In this document: piece by piece, positions 10,168 through 21,243 of the stretch
How positions within the stretch are numbered: position 1 is the first letter of the stretch
Layout: each line of letters opens with the position of its first letter
NCBI GenBank assembly: GCA_963663405.2
Contig: CAXXSM010000023.1
Span: forward strand, 1 to 64,000
Direction of reading: 5' to 3'
Source of the DNA: a bacterium
GTDB taxonomy: Bacteria > Hinthialibacterota > Hinthialibacteria > Hinthialibacterales > Hinthialibacteraceae
DNA: 64,000 nucleotides
Position numbers and translations under genes: made by a program
The notes under the pieces: generated by a model
Database searches by the model: none
Told to the model about the DNA's origin: nothing
Seen by the model: only the letters and a program-made list of their open reading frames with translations

Positions 10168-12210
10168 TTATTCTAGAGTTTTTACTTTTGATAGCGCGTT
10201 TTCGAGATATTTGATGTTGGAATCGTCGAGGAGTTTTTTGCGGTGAGAAAATTGTGTGAGATGAGCGTTAAAGATCTTTGGAGAAGAATAGAGTTCGCTC
10301 GCGATTTTTGTGAGCCGTTCGTAATCCGGTTTGTTCCCCAATGCTTTTTTAAGCGTTCCCCCCGCTTTTGAATATTGTCTTGCAGCGAATTGTGACAGCG
10401 CCGCCCGTATTGTGATATTTGTGTCTTGTGGCGTATGGATCATTGCGCTTTGGTATTCAATAACGGCTTTCTTATAAAGACTTTGTTCGAACATCGTATC
10501 GCCGCTCCGTATGAGTTTCTGAACGGGAGATAGAGTTTGTTCATGTCCGGTTTGGCCGATCGTATCTTTATCATTGGGGATTGTGTCACTCTTCTCTGCC
10601 GATGTGTTCGCCGATGAAATGTCTTGTGTGAGATCCACGACGGATTCATGTGTCGTTTTTGGGGTATCCAATTGATCCCAATTGATTGATATTTGGGGTG
10701 TCTCCGGTTGCTCTTCCTCACTGGCCGATTCAATCGTCAAAGTCGCGGCGTATTGGCCACTCAGCGGGGTTGGTGATTTCGCTATTCGAAGTGGTTGATT
10801 GGAGGTGAGTGGTTTGGGGGGCAGCCATTTGTATCCCTGGTTCCATAACGGTTTAGAAGGTTTTTCTTGTGAAATCTGGATTTGGGTTTTTTGATCTGAT
10901 TTATTTTCTATCTCTTGAGTGGAATATTCGAGGAGATCCTCCCGGTTCGTTAGCTGGGGCGCCATCTGTGTCCGGCGTTTTTTTGAACGAATGGACGCCC
11001 AGTTCTTACGGTAGTTACCTGATTCGAAGCGGTCTCGATAATTTCCTGTATCATATGATTTTCTGTATTGTTGGCTGACGTTCGGTTTTGGCCTTGAATG
11101 GTATCGTGGTTTTTTAGGTGACGCGGCGGGAGCGTTTTTGATTTCGATTGGTTGCTTTTTTAAGATTGAATTTGAGGATCTACCGTTATTGGCCGTTCTA
11201 TTCTTCCGCATTTTGATTCTATATGGAAACGCCTTTTTACCTAAGAATCTCCTGTTTTTAACAGTAAGATTCACATTTCCAACATGGTATTTAACCTCAA
11301 CGCCTTCATTGACGTAGATTTTCAACGGCTGCGGTTTCGCATTCTGATCTCTTAGATCCAGCGTATATAACGTTTGTCCAACAACCATCACGGCCCTGTT
11401 TCCAGCGCTGGAAATATCGTAATCCTGTATTCCATTCTTTGTAAACGATGTTATCCGTTTCAGAGCGCCGCCGATCGTGGTTTTATAGAGGTTTACGCAA
11501 TTGAATTTCCTGCCGGAGAGAAAATAGAGCGTCTGTTTATCGCCCCATTTCGCCTGACTATCGTTTCCTTTCCATTGTGTGACTTGAAGAAATTCATTCT
11601 TTTTGCGGTTGAACAGCCATATATCACTGCTCTCAGTCTTGTGGGAACGGCTCCTTGTTCCTTCCGCTCCTTCTCCTGTGAACGCTACCCATACGCCATC
11701 GGGGTTGATGGATGGTGATTCGCCATACCCATCATGAAATGGACGAACGGCGCCGTCTTGCAGAGTGACTGCATAATGTTGGATTGATGAATCGCGGCCG
11801 CTTTTTGTTTGGGAAGAGAATATTAACGCCTCCCGCCCATTTTCATCGATTCCGAAGCCTATCAACGCGCAGGATTGGTTTGTTTTGGTTACGCGCTGGA
11901 GCCTTGAGCCATCGGCGTTCATGAGATAGAGATTTTGAACGCCATCGCGTAATGACTCGAATGCGATCTGTTTTCCATTACGGCTCCAGCTGGATCGATA
12001 ATCACGGCCCGGATGATTGATCAACCGGCTCGCCAACCCTCCATTCGATGAGACTTTCCATAGATCCCCCCGCCAGGAAAAGACAATCGTTGAACCGTCT
12101 GGGCTTAGGGATGGATACATGGGATGATCCACGAACGTTTTTGCCCAGGCGTGTGGATAGCACCCCAAAAAGAAGCAGATGAAAAAAATACCGCGCAGCG
12201 TGATAAACAT
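10168..12210 (-). CDS. Secreted protein: PD40/tricorn-like beta-propeller, low-complexity linker, C-terminal TPR domain
   Basis: Signal peptide; YPSLSPDGSTIVFSWRGDLW; NLYLMNADGS; C-terminus paralogous to 24180-25769. Confidence 0.75.
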   Translation of the reverse strand: MFITLRGIFFICFFLGCYPHAWAKTFVDHPMYPSLSPDGSTIVFSWRGDLWKVSSNGGLASRLINHPGRDYRSSWSRNGKQIAFESLRDGVQNLYLMNADGSRLQRVTKTNQSCALIGFGIDENGREALIFSSQTKSGRDSSIQHYAVTLQDGAVRPFHDGYGESPSINPDGVWVAFTGEGAEGTRSRSHKTESSDIWLFNRKKNEFLQVTQWKGNDSQAKWGDKQTLYFLSGRKFNCVNLYKTTIGGALKRITSFTKNGIQDYDISSAGNRAVMVVGQTLYTLDLRDQNAKPQPLKIYVNEGVEVKYHVGNVNLTVKNRRFLGKKAFPYRIKMRKNRTANNGRSSNSILKKQPIEIKNAPAASPKKPRYHSRPKPNVSQQYRKSYDTGNYRDRFESGNYRKNWASIRSKKRRTQMAPQLTNREDLLEYSTQEIENKSDQKTQIQISQEKPSKPLWNQGYKWLPPKPLTSNQPLRIAKSPTPLSGQYAATLTIESASEEEQPETPQISINWDQLDTPKTTHESVVDLTQDISSANTSAEKSDTIPNDKDTIGQTGHEQTLSPVQKLIRSGDTMFEQSLYKKAVIEYQSAMIHTPQDTNITIRAALSQFAARQYSKAGGTLKKALGNKPDYERLTKIASELYSSPKIFNAHLTQFSHRKKLLDDSNIKYLENALSKVKTLE

Positions 12211-12337
12211 TCGTTCCCCCTGCGATTGTTTTTTATTATGCCATACAGTGACGTTACGCGCGCCTGTCTAATTCCATAGTGTATATCGTTTTGATGAAGG
12301 CGCCCACTGACTTATCGAAGAGGGTTGTTTTCTATCG

Positions 12338-12518
12338 ATCACGGGCGGGGACGACTGCGCTCCATTGGGGTTGTGGGATTTACGCCAGGGCAGAAAAACG
12401 CCTTGCCCTGGGTACCCAAATCGGTTTTTGGATTTTTAATCACGGGCGGGGACTCTCGCGTTCCATTGGGGGTGTGGAAATTACGCCAGGGCAGAAAAAC
12501 GCCTTGCCCTGGGTACCC
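12338..12518. repeat. BIME-like pair of composite REP units (~102-bp period)
   Basis: ATCACGGGCGGGGAC...TTACGCCAGGGCAGAAAAACGCCTTGCCCTGGGTACCC occurs twice. Confidence 0.85.
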
Positions 12519-12558
12519 ATAAGAGTACGACGTTAACTCCATTGTTACGATGTCGCTC

Positions 12559-14941
12559 TTATCGCAACAAATCGACGAATAGATTTCCTCGGAGGTTGTT
12601 GATTTGGGATTGGACGGAGAGGTTGCTTTTAAGGAGGATTTCGGCGTTGGCTTGGATGGTGGATTGACGGGCTACGTCGACATCGGTGATGCGGGAGCGG
12701 GACGCGAGGAGGTTTTCCGCCGCGACGGCGAGATTGTCCGTTTCAAGTTCGAGCCGGTTTGTGAACGCGCCGATCTCTTGGCGGATGCTTCCGACTTGAT
12801 TAAGCGCTTCATCGACGATTTGGAGGGCTTCATCAACGCCGCCTTCTTGAGTGACGTCGATATCGTTGAGGCTTCTACCTTCGCCCAGACCCAGCGCGGA
12901 TGGACGCGCGTCTCCGAAGTTAATTCCCAATGTATCCCCTGCGTTGGCTCCGATTTGGAAATTCGCCTGTTCGCCCGCCGCTGAAATCATGACGGTTCCA
13001 TAATCATTCACTCCTTCAAGAGGAACATCCACAATCGCGTCGAAATCGAGGGTCAGCATTTCGCCTGGCCGGATTCCACTTTCAAACTGGACGTTTTGCT
13101 GCCCCGCGCCGAATTGGACTTCGGGGCCATTGTTCAGGCTGCCGGTGAATTCTTCGCGTGTGTTATTGATCGTGTCCGTTCCATTGGTCAGATTCGTTCC
13201 CATGCGGAAGGTGATTTCGGAGGTTTCACCGTCATTATTGTCTTCTCCGTAGAGTGTGACCATTTCTCCCGCTTCGGCGATCTGCGCTGGGCCGCCGTTA
13301 AGACGCACTGTGGCGGTTTCAGCGTTGCCCGCTTGGACGGTGGTTCCGGAATCGGTAATTGTGCCGAAATCGCCGCCGCCTGTGGAACGGTCGTTGACTG
13401 TGAGTGTGAAATTGCTTTGCGACGCGCCCGCGAGATCATCCGTTAATTGGATTCGGCCATCTTCCGTCAACGCGGCTGTGGCGTCTGTAAATCCTCCCTG
13501 CCCGCCAATGCCTCCAGCGGCTTGGGTTTGATCACGCGCGTTCAGTTCATCGATTAGATCCTGCATCGTGGTTGCGGCTCCATCACCGGCGCCAGTGTCA
13601 AGGGTGGAGATCGTAACTGTGCTAGTGAATGTGGAGCCATCAGCGTTGGCTCCATTGATCTGAATGGTATCTCCCTGCGCGAGGGTGGCTCCATTGAATA
13701 CGGAGCCGATCAGGTTTGTGTTCGCGTCCGCCGCAGCTCCAGTCCCGGTTTCAAACGCGATTTGGCTTTCGACAACGCGGTTATTGGCTTCCCTCACATT
13801 TGAGATTTCCATCGTAATTTGGCCGGTATTGAAAGTGGAGCCGGTGAAGGCGGTGACGGCGTTCCCTGCCTGGGCGCCGGAGGCTGCGCCCGCGATGGTT
13901 TCCTGCCGGGTGATTCCAGTTGTGGTTTGGATATCGCCGTTGGCGTTAAGGACCGTGAAATCGATGTTGAAATTCGACACGCCGCTGTCCGCGCCGTTTT
14001 GGAATTCCAGGCGGCCGGTTGTTTCATTCAAACCGGCGTTTGTTTCCCCTGCGGTGTTGCCTGCGGCGGTGTTAATTCCCGCGCCCTGTTCGGCGTTGTC
14101 AATGGTGGATCGGATGGCGGTGGTGAGATCGTCCATCGTCGTTCCCCGCGTCAATGGATAGTGTACCCGTGAATCCCGTCGTTCCATCGGCGAGGGTTCC
14201 TTGAAAGGCGATTGTACCGCCGTTTTCGAGGTTTGCGCTATTGAATGTCAGGCCGGATAACGCATCCGTTCCCTGCGCGGCGCCGCCGGCCGTGTCATTG
14301 AATGTGGAGAGCGTGACCGCGATATCCTGTGTGTTTTGAATACCGGAATTGAGAACCTGTTGTTCGCCGGGCGCTTCGCCCGCGGTGATTTGTGACGCGC
14401 CTTCCTGCGTCATTCGGACCGTGAAGAAATTTTCCTGGGTTGTGAGATCGCTTTCGTCTACGTTGATGCCCTGAGCGGAGGAACCGGTGGGAATACCAGC
14501 GGTAAGAGCCTGGGCGCCGTTGAGAAGCGGATTTTGTCCGAATTGCGTGGTTTCGGCGATACGGTTGATTTCGTCCACATTCGCGTTGATCTCGGTCTGG
14601 ATGGCTTGGAGAGCGTTCTGGTCGTAGACCGCGGTGTTTCCCGCCTGGACGGTCAGTTCGCGGATTCGTTGCAGGCGGTCTGTGATGGAAGATAAACCTT
14701 GATCGGCCACGTTCGCCACGTTGACGCCTGACTGGGCCGCGTCGAAGGCTTCGTTCAGACCGGCGATTTGGGTTTGCAGTTCATTGGCGACCCGCAGGCC
14801 GGACGCGTCATCCGCGCTGCGGTTGATCCGGAGGCCTGTGGAGAGACGCTCCAAGGATTCCTTTAATTGCGGTGCAATGAGATTGTTTAGATTAAAGAGC
14901 GATTGCGCCGCCAAGTTGTTGTTGAGTCTGGTAATGCTCAT
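12559..14941 (-). CDS. fliC: Large flagellin (~790 aa; frameshift near 14140)
   Basis: N-terminal LERLSTGLRINRSADDASGL and LQRIRELTVQA; C-terminal FQIGANAG, RQEIGAFTNRL and ENLLASRSRITDVDVA. Confidence 0.9.
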
Positions 14942-15021
14942 GATGAATTCCTCCCTGTTCTGTCTACGCCGTTTGATTGGACGCAGTTTTATCTTCCATG
15001 ATATTGATACTCTTTGTTGAT

Positions 15022-17829
15022 CTATTTTGTCTGTTCTTCTTCATTCGTTTCTGTGTTTTGGAGAGCCTTGTTTCGTAAGGAGAAGAAGTCTGTTGGCTCC
15101 TCTTCCGTTAGTGATCCTAAAATGCCCATGCGTGATGATTGATCGAAGATGCCCGCCGTGTGGGGTTGGGGATTGATTCCCCGGCTTTTTGCCGGTGGGA
15201 AGATTCCCGTTTTTGGAGGTGTGTAGATCCCCAGTTTGTTTGACTGGCCCAGCATTCCCGATTCATAGGGAGGGCTGAAGACGGATGGCTCTTCGGAGGG
15301 GGCGAAAATATTGTTTTGTGGTGTGAAAGGGTTTGTTTCCTCTTGGATTTGTTTCAGCATCGGGTCGAGTAGAATATCGTAGAATTTCTCATGTGTGATA
15401 TTCGCTTGGGATAAGATCGCCGCCTGGGCGTTCATTTGGACGGAATTCATTGTGCCTTCAGCGGTCTCTTTGGCGGTATCCGCGTCCACGATCCGTTTTT
15501 GCGCCGATTCGATGGATCGCGAGGAAAAATCGATCAATTCAGCGGCTTCTTCCATTCCGGTGGCGATCGCGTCGATTTGTTCTCTTGCCTCTTTCATTTG
15601 TTGCAGCGCCTCCTCTACGATTGTCATCGCCAATTCCGCGCCTGATACGGTGCTGACGTTAATCGTCCCCAAATTGGCGGCGTCCGTTCCAAGATTGTCT
15701 ACATTCAGATTCGCCAGCGCAAATTGGGTGGAATTCCCTTTGCCCGATCCGATTTGAAAGTTCAGTTCGCGGCTTGTGGCGGAGAATATGATCTGCCCTA
15801 CGTTTTGTCCGTTGATCGACGTTGTTTCAACGTATGCGTCAAAGTTCAGCGCGAGCCGTTGGGTGGAAGAACCTGAATCCGATCTTGTTGTGAAGATCAC
15901 ATTCTGCTCTCCCTTATGAAATTGGACGGCGCCTCCACCGCTTAAGGCGCCTTCGTATACATCTTCCGTGACGTACAATTCATCTCTCCCTTCCACAAGT
16001 CCGCTTCCAATTCGAAATGTGATTTCCGGGGTGGTTTGACCGTTCTGCGCGGAACTGGTTCCTTGAAGTTTTACCATCTGACCCGCTTTCACCGTTGTGG
16101 CGGCTCCACCATCGACGGAAATCGTGGCGGATTCCCGGTTGCCTTCATTCACGATTTTCGACCGGATCGCCGTGACGCCTTTCTCGGCGGTGGAGGCGGT
16201 GTTTGAGAAGACTGGATTGACAGGGCCGGGGTATTTGGAGTATTCATCAAACCGGCTGACAGTAATGGTGAATTGGGTTGAAGAGGAACTGGAGATGTCG
16301 TCTTCCAATACAATCCGTCCGTCATCGCTGAGCGTGGCGGCGGCATGGTTGAAGCCGAATCCTTCCCAACTGCGGTCCCGCTGACCGAGTTCGTAGATTA
16401 GATCGGAGAAGGTTCGGATCTTCGCTCCTTCCATGTCGCTGGAGAGGACGATGCTGTTGTTGCTTGTGCGTGGCGTCAAGCCGTCGATGACATAAGAGGA
16501 GGTGAATTGCGTCCCGTCGGGATCGGTTCCTTGAATGCGGAGGACATCCCGGTCGCGCAAGGTCACGCCGTTTATCGTTGAATCGCGGAGCAGATCTGTT
16601 TGTTGCGCGTATTCCCCCTTTGCGTTTAGGAAGACCTCATCGGATACGATGACGCGGCTGGAGGCTTCTTGAACGTTTGTGACTGCGATGTCATATTGGC
16701 CGCTGGAGAACGTCGAGCCGGTCAAATGGCGGTGGGGCTTGTTGCCGATTTTGGCGTTGGTTCCCGATGTGGCGACGGCTTCATTGGCGATTGTACCGGA
16801 TCGCTCGATTCCGAACGTGGTCTTGAGTTGTCCTTTTCCACGGCTTCCGTAGGCTTGAATGCCGAAACTGATGTCGAATTGGGAGAGGGAACCCGCTTGT
16901 CCACTAGTGAATGTGAGACGCTTTGTCTTCTCATCAAAGCCTGTGTTGGTTTCTTGAAGATTAGAGCCGGTCTTCGTGTTGATATCTGTTCTTTTTTCGC
17001 TTTGTCAATCTCTTTTTGGATGGTCTCGATAAGATCTCCAATGGATGTACTTTTTTTGATTTTTAATTCACCGGAGAATTCGGTCGATCCATCGGCGAGA
17101 ACGCCTTTGAATACAAGCGTGTCTTTATCGGTCCAATTCCACACGGTTGACAAACATCCCCAGAAGATCACTTTCTATGTTCTCCGCGCTTTCGAACTGG
17201 GCGACGGAGACGGCGATATCGGTGGATAAACCGACGCCTGTGTTATAGATTTTATCTTTACCGGTTTTGATCTGTTCCGAGCCTTCCTGTACTTGTTCGT
17301 ATGTCAAGGTAGCGCTGCCAGTATTCAAGGTGGACGATGTGGGGCCACTCGCGACGCTGACGCCGGATTGTTGGTTTCCCGCCTTGATTTCCACTGTGGT
17401 TGTGAAAGAGCCATCGAGCAGAGACTGTTTACCGAATGTTGTATTCTTAACGATGGAATCAAGGAGCTGGCGCGTTTCATCGATTTCGGCCTGGAGAAGG
17501 AGACGGGAATTGGGATCGGCGGACTGCGCCGCGGAGGAGGCTTTCTCCCGGATTGATTGTACGTGCTCGATCATTTTGTCGATCGCGTTTCGGGCCGTGT
17601 CGGCGATATTGTATCCTTCCTGCGCGTTGATAGCCGCTTGGTTGAGGCCCCGGAACTGACTTTCGAGCTTTGTGCCAAGAGAGAGTCCAGCGGGATCGTC
17701 ACCCGCTTGATTGATGCGGACGCCGGAACTGACACGAACGATGTTTTTTTGCAGAGCGTTATCCGTCTGGGTCAAATTTCTGACGATCCCAAATGCGGCC
17801 GTATTGAATCGAATACTCTCGACCACCAT
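15022..17829 (-). CDS. fliC: Large divergent flagellin-like protein (~930 aa; several frameshifts) with C-terminal extension
   Basis: RVSSGVRINQAGDDPAGL; FQIGSGKG; SAQKRIVDADTAKE...QAAILSQAN, followed by a ~120-aa tail. Confidence 0.8.
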
Positions 17830-17888
17830 CGTTTGATCTCCAAATGAATGGTTTTTGGGGGAGGGATTTTAAAAATTGACTTTTTCGC

Positions 17889-17915
17889 TAAAGTTTTAGC
17901 GGAATTTGCCTATAA
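17889..17915 (+). promoter_or_regulatory. sigma28 (FliA)-type promoter pointing away from the flagellins
   Basis: TAAAGTTT...GCCTATAA; TAAA-N15-GCC(T)ATAA, 7/8 match to the -10 consensus. Confidence 0.55.
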
Positions 17916-17979
17916 TGAGAGAAGGGCATATTTGGACAGAGAAAACGTCAGATATCGTTCCAAAATATCAACTTAGGAT

Positions 17980-18516
17980 TATCACACAGCGGCCGGAATT
18001 TACTGTCCGAGCGCTGTGGCGGTCGATAAAGCCATAACTCACTTCTCTTGGCCGGGATGCGAGGTTATGGCTTTTTTTACCTTCATCTGACACTTCCCTG
18101 TGTAAAAACCTACCGCTTCTCAACCCCTCCGCCTGACTTCCTTGTGATACAGTGAATCTTTATTTGAATCACGCGGACGCGTGGTATGTTCACGGCGTTC
18201 CCAGCGCCGCTATTGGAGGCCTCGGAAACTCCTTTTGCGGAAACCGGTTAAGGGAAGCGTATCCATTCCAACAGAGCCGACCCACTTGGACGCGTCTGCG
18301 GCGGTTAGGAATTTACACGTTTAACACTTACCCGGATCCAAACAGGGAACGCGGTTGTTGAGACCGCTCTGGAAGATGGATTCATGGGGGGAGGACTTTA
18401 CGGGAGGTAAAGAACTATCACCCATACGCCGAATATTACGTGACGGCGCTGTGTTGGTCGACGAAGCCATGACTCACTTCAATCCTTTGGCCGGGATGCG
18501 AGATTACGGCTTCTTT
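17980..18516. ncRNA. Putative structured non-coding RNA region with a duplicated ~100-nt element
   Basis: Homologous hairpin elements at ~17980-18078 and ~18416-18516; 11-bp stem between 18172-18182 and 18290-18300; no credible ORF. Confidence 0.45.
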
Positions 18517-18620
18517 CCATCCATACCGTCCAGGAACTATCTCAACGGTAATTTATAAGGATTACTCCTTATCTATATTACTAATAATAAAGAAACGGGA
18601 TTTTCCCGTTCTCGAATCCA

Positions 18621-18648
18621 TTATCGGCAATACTTTATAAGAACTTTA
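18621..18648 (-). promoter_or_regulatory. sigma28 (FliA/SigD)-type promoter oriented toward the flagellin genes
   Basis: Minus strand reads TAAAGTTC...GCCGATAA (TAAA-N16-GCCGATAA, perfect -10). Confidence 0.75.
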
Positions 18649-18743
18649 GCTCTTTTTTTGATTTTTTCATAATTTTTTTTGTCTCCAATAATAGTAAATT
18701 ATATTTTCAAAATATTAAAATTTGATTATTTATGGATTGTTTA

Positions 18744-18771
18744 TTGACATGATTTGTTTTCGCGTTATACT
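18744..18771 (+). promoter_or_regulatory. sigma70-type promoter
   Basis: TTGACA-N16-TATACT upstream of the ORF at 19064. Confidence 0.55.
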
Positions 18772-19063
18772 AGTCTGGAATTTGAAATACAAACGTCGTT
18801 TTCGAATACTATTATAACACAATTTTGTTTAATTTATTTAAATTGTAACCTTTTTTTAATGAGAACTGAATTTCTGAGAGTTTCTCGTTCGCGATTTCTC
18901 CAGCGATTCATTTTCATCTGCAGGTTGTGATCTCACTGATGATTTATATGTGGATGCGATGATCCTTGGTTCTTTAACTGGTCGCGAATGGAACCAAGGG
19001 GAGCGAATCGCGAAACCGGCCACGCGGAGCATATTCCCTAAATTCTATGAGGGCTGAGGAGGG

Positions 19064-19666
19064 ATGGCTGTGCGTGAGAATGAATGGTATCAACGAAAAT
19101 CGAGCCGGGAATCTCAGGTTATTCGTCCGCTTTGTTGTTTCCGGTGCCAAATGCCATTAAAAAAGAATAAAAACAATCGATTAAACTGGTTTACTGAACA
19201 GAGATATAAGAAGAAGTTATTTTGCCCGGCTTGTGAAAAACGAGACCGGTTTCTACTCGCTCATGTCAATGTCTGCATTCGTCTCTATGGGGGGATGATC
19301 TCTTTGCATGACATCATTGATCTATACGACAATCAGGAACGGATCGAGAAACTCTATTTTGACCCATTCGCGGATGTGCGCGGCCTTTACAAAGGGAGAG
19401 ACAAACTCTGCATACACGACATTCATGGATGGGTGGAGGATGGCGCGATCTTTAAAACCTGGAACTCGAAATTGACCAATAGCGCGGTCAAAGCCCGTGA
19501 GGAAATCCAATTACAGCAGAAACTTCTTGAGGAGAGGAAAAAAGCGGTCGAGAAGATCTGTGTGGATGTGGATGGCGCTGAAGAGGATGAGAAGGAATCG
19601 CTTTCCCGTCTGCGGGAGAGTGGAGGGGCTTCTATGGGGAAACATCGTTGGATCGCTGGGCGGTGA
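19064..19666 (+). CDS. Zinc-ribbon protein resembling the YvyF-type flagellar operon protein
   Basis: CFRC...FCPACEK followed by an HTH-like segment ending IHGWVEDGAI; next to the flagellins. Confidence 0.5.
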   Translation: MAVRENEWYQRKSSRESQVIRPLCCFRCQMPLKKNKNNRLNWFTEQRYKKKLFCPACEKRDRFLLAHVNVCIRLYGGMISLHDIIDLYDNQERIEKLYFDPFADVRGLYKGRDKLCIHDIHGWVEDGAIFKTWNSKLTNSAVKAREEIQLQQKLLEERKKAVEKICVDVDGAEEDEKESLSRLRESGGASMGKHRWIAGR

Positions 19667-19838
19667 TTGGGTGGAGGTTTAATGGAGACAGGCCAAGCGA
19701 AAAAATGAGATTGCGCATGGTTTAATTGTACCTTTGTCTATAGATCTTTTTTTGAATCACGGATGGCGCGGATGGAGATGGATTACATCGCGGAAGATAA
19801 ATCGTGGTTTTCGCGCTTCTTTTTTTGAAACTGATAAA

Positions 19839-20086
19839 TGTAGGATGAGCTAAAAACGAAGAACAGTAGGATGGGCTAAAAGCGAAGCGTAGCCCATCAT
19901 TTCTTCTACGGATATTGTACGGGGATATGTTCGATTGATCACGGGCGGGGACGCCCGCGCACCCGCACCGCAAACCATAAAAGTATAAGGTGGGCTACGC
20001 TTCGCTTTTAGCCCACCCTACAAAATTTTAGCCTCATTGTGCGGGGATGTGTTGGATTAATCACGGGCGGGGACGCCCGCGCTCCA
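19839..20086. repeat. REP-like palindrome cluster
   Basis: GTAG-type hairpins at ~19867 and ~19989 and ATCACGGGCGGGGACGCCCGCGC at ~19939 and ~20060, between convergent genes. Confidence 0.8.
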
Positions 20087-20105
20087 TTATCTTCACATTT
20101 CCTTT

Positions 20106-20609
20106 TTATAGACTAGGCTCTATCACTCGCTCAATGATCCCTGTTGTTGAGTGGCCGTCTTTTTGGACTAGGTATAGTTTTCCGTTGTTGCGTTCTAAGA
20201 TTGGGGCCTCGATCAAGTCGGTTCCATACGTGTTGTCTTTAACGTGAACATCAGGCTTCACCTCTTCGACAAACCGCAGGCTTTCCGGCTCATCGAAAAT
20301 CAGCGCCATGTCCACATAGCGTAACGCCCGAAGCATCACCGCCCGTTCCTCTTGCGGAACGATGGGGCGGAGTTCGCTTTTGTATTGCTTCACCGATTTG
20401 TCGCTGTTCAGACCGACAATAAGAAAATCCCCCTGCTCTTTGGCTTCGCGCAGTAACCGCTCATGGCCGACATGGATAATATCAAACGTCCCGTTCGTCG
20501 TCACAATCTGTTTGCCTTCGCTTCGCAGACGCTCTAATACAGGCAGCCATTTCTCTTTTTCGTCAATGTGAAAGATCATACTATCCTCATTTTGTAATTG
20601 ATTAGCCAT
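20106..20609 (-). CDS. rfaE2: D-glycero-beta-D-manno-heptose 1-phosphate adenylyltransferase (RfaE domain II / cytidylyltransferase family)
   Basis: TNGTFDIIHVGH, LIVGLNSDKSVKQYK, RPIVPQEERA, HSTTGII. Confidence 0.85.
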   Translation of the reverse strand: MANQLQNEDSMIFHIDEKEKWLPVLERLRSEGKQIVTTNGTFDIIHVGHERLLREAKEQGDFLIVGLNSDKSVKQYKSELRPIVPQEERAVMLRALRYVDMALIFDEPESLRFVEEVKPDVHVKDNTYGTDLIEAPILERNNGKLYLVQKDGHSTTGIIERVIEPSL

Positions 20610-21243
20610 TTGATGTAATCGATTCCTTTCTTGAGTTTGGGGGAGAATACGCTTTTTTGATAATTTTTACGGTTCATCCGGTAATTGAATAAAAAATCAT
20701 TTTGGAGAATTGCGATCTTTGTTCAGGATGGCTTAATTGTCTGAACCATGATTCTAAAGATTATAGGATTACCATGATTTTAAAATCAAGAAAATCAAGT
20801 AAGACAGCGCCAGCTGGCTGGCTTTTTAATCAAGGTTCAGATAATAAGGATCCTGCATAGAACTGTAGGAGGGGCTAAATACCGGCGCTTGCGCCGGAGC
20901 CTTAAGCGAAGCGCAGCCCATCATTTCTAAATAACTTGTTGTCTATTCCCGTAAAACGAGAAATCATTATAGAATCAAAACTAGAACACGCAATGAGACT
21001 ACCCATAGAATTCCTCCCACTGAACTATCCCAAACGCGACTTCGTTCATGGATTCGGCTTACGCAAAAGTTCTATATCCCTTCACCCGCGTGGCTTAGTT
21101 TCTACAATATCATGAGGCGCGCGGCGCGGAGGTTGACCGGGGCTAGTTATGTGAAATTCCGGTTTCCTATAGGCCCCGCCGCATGCGGTTTTCGGCGCCG
21201 TTTCGCCGAACCGCCGCCAATCTATTTATAAAAGGTAGTGGAT

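Noticed and set aside
9713-10214. Repeat-containing ORFs over the 111-bp array, or a CRISPR array
   Set aside because: The ORFs arise from a repeat length divisible by 3; units are near-identical with no spacers.
18160-18520. tmRNA, RNase P RNA or SRP RNA
   Set aside because: No tRNA-like ends, GAGGAAAGUCC motif or SRP helix 8 motif on either strand.
17870-18680. Invertible flagellar phase-variation switch
   Set aside because: The only inverted match I found is the GCTAAAGTT promoter element; there are no longer recombination repeats and no recombinase nearby.
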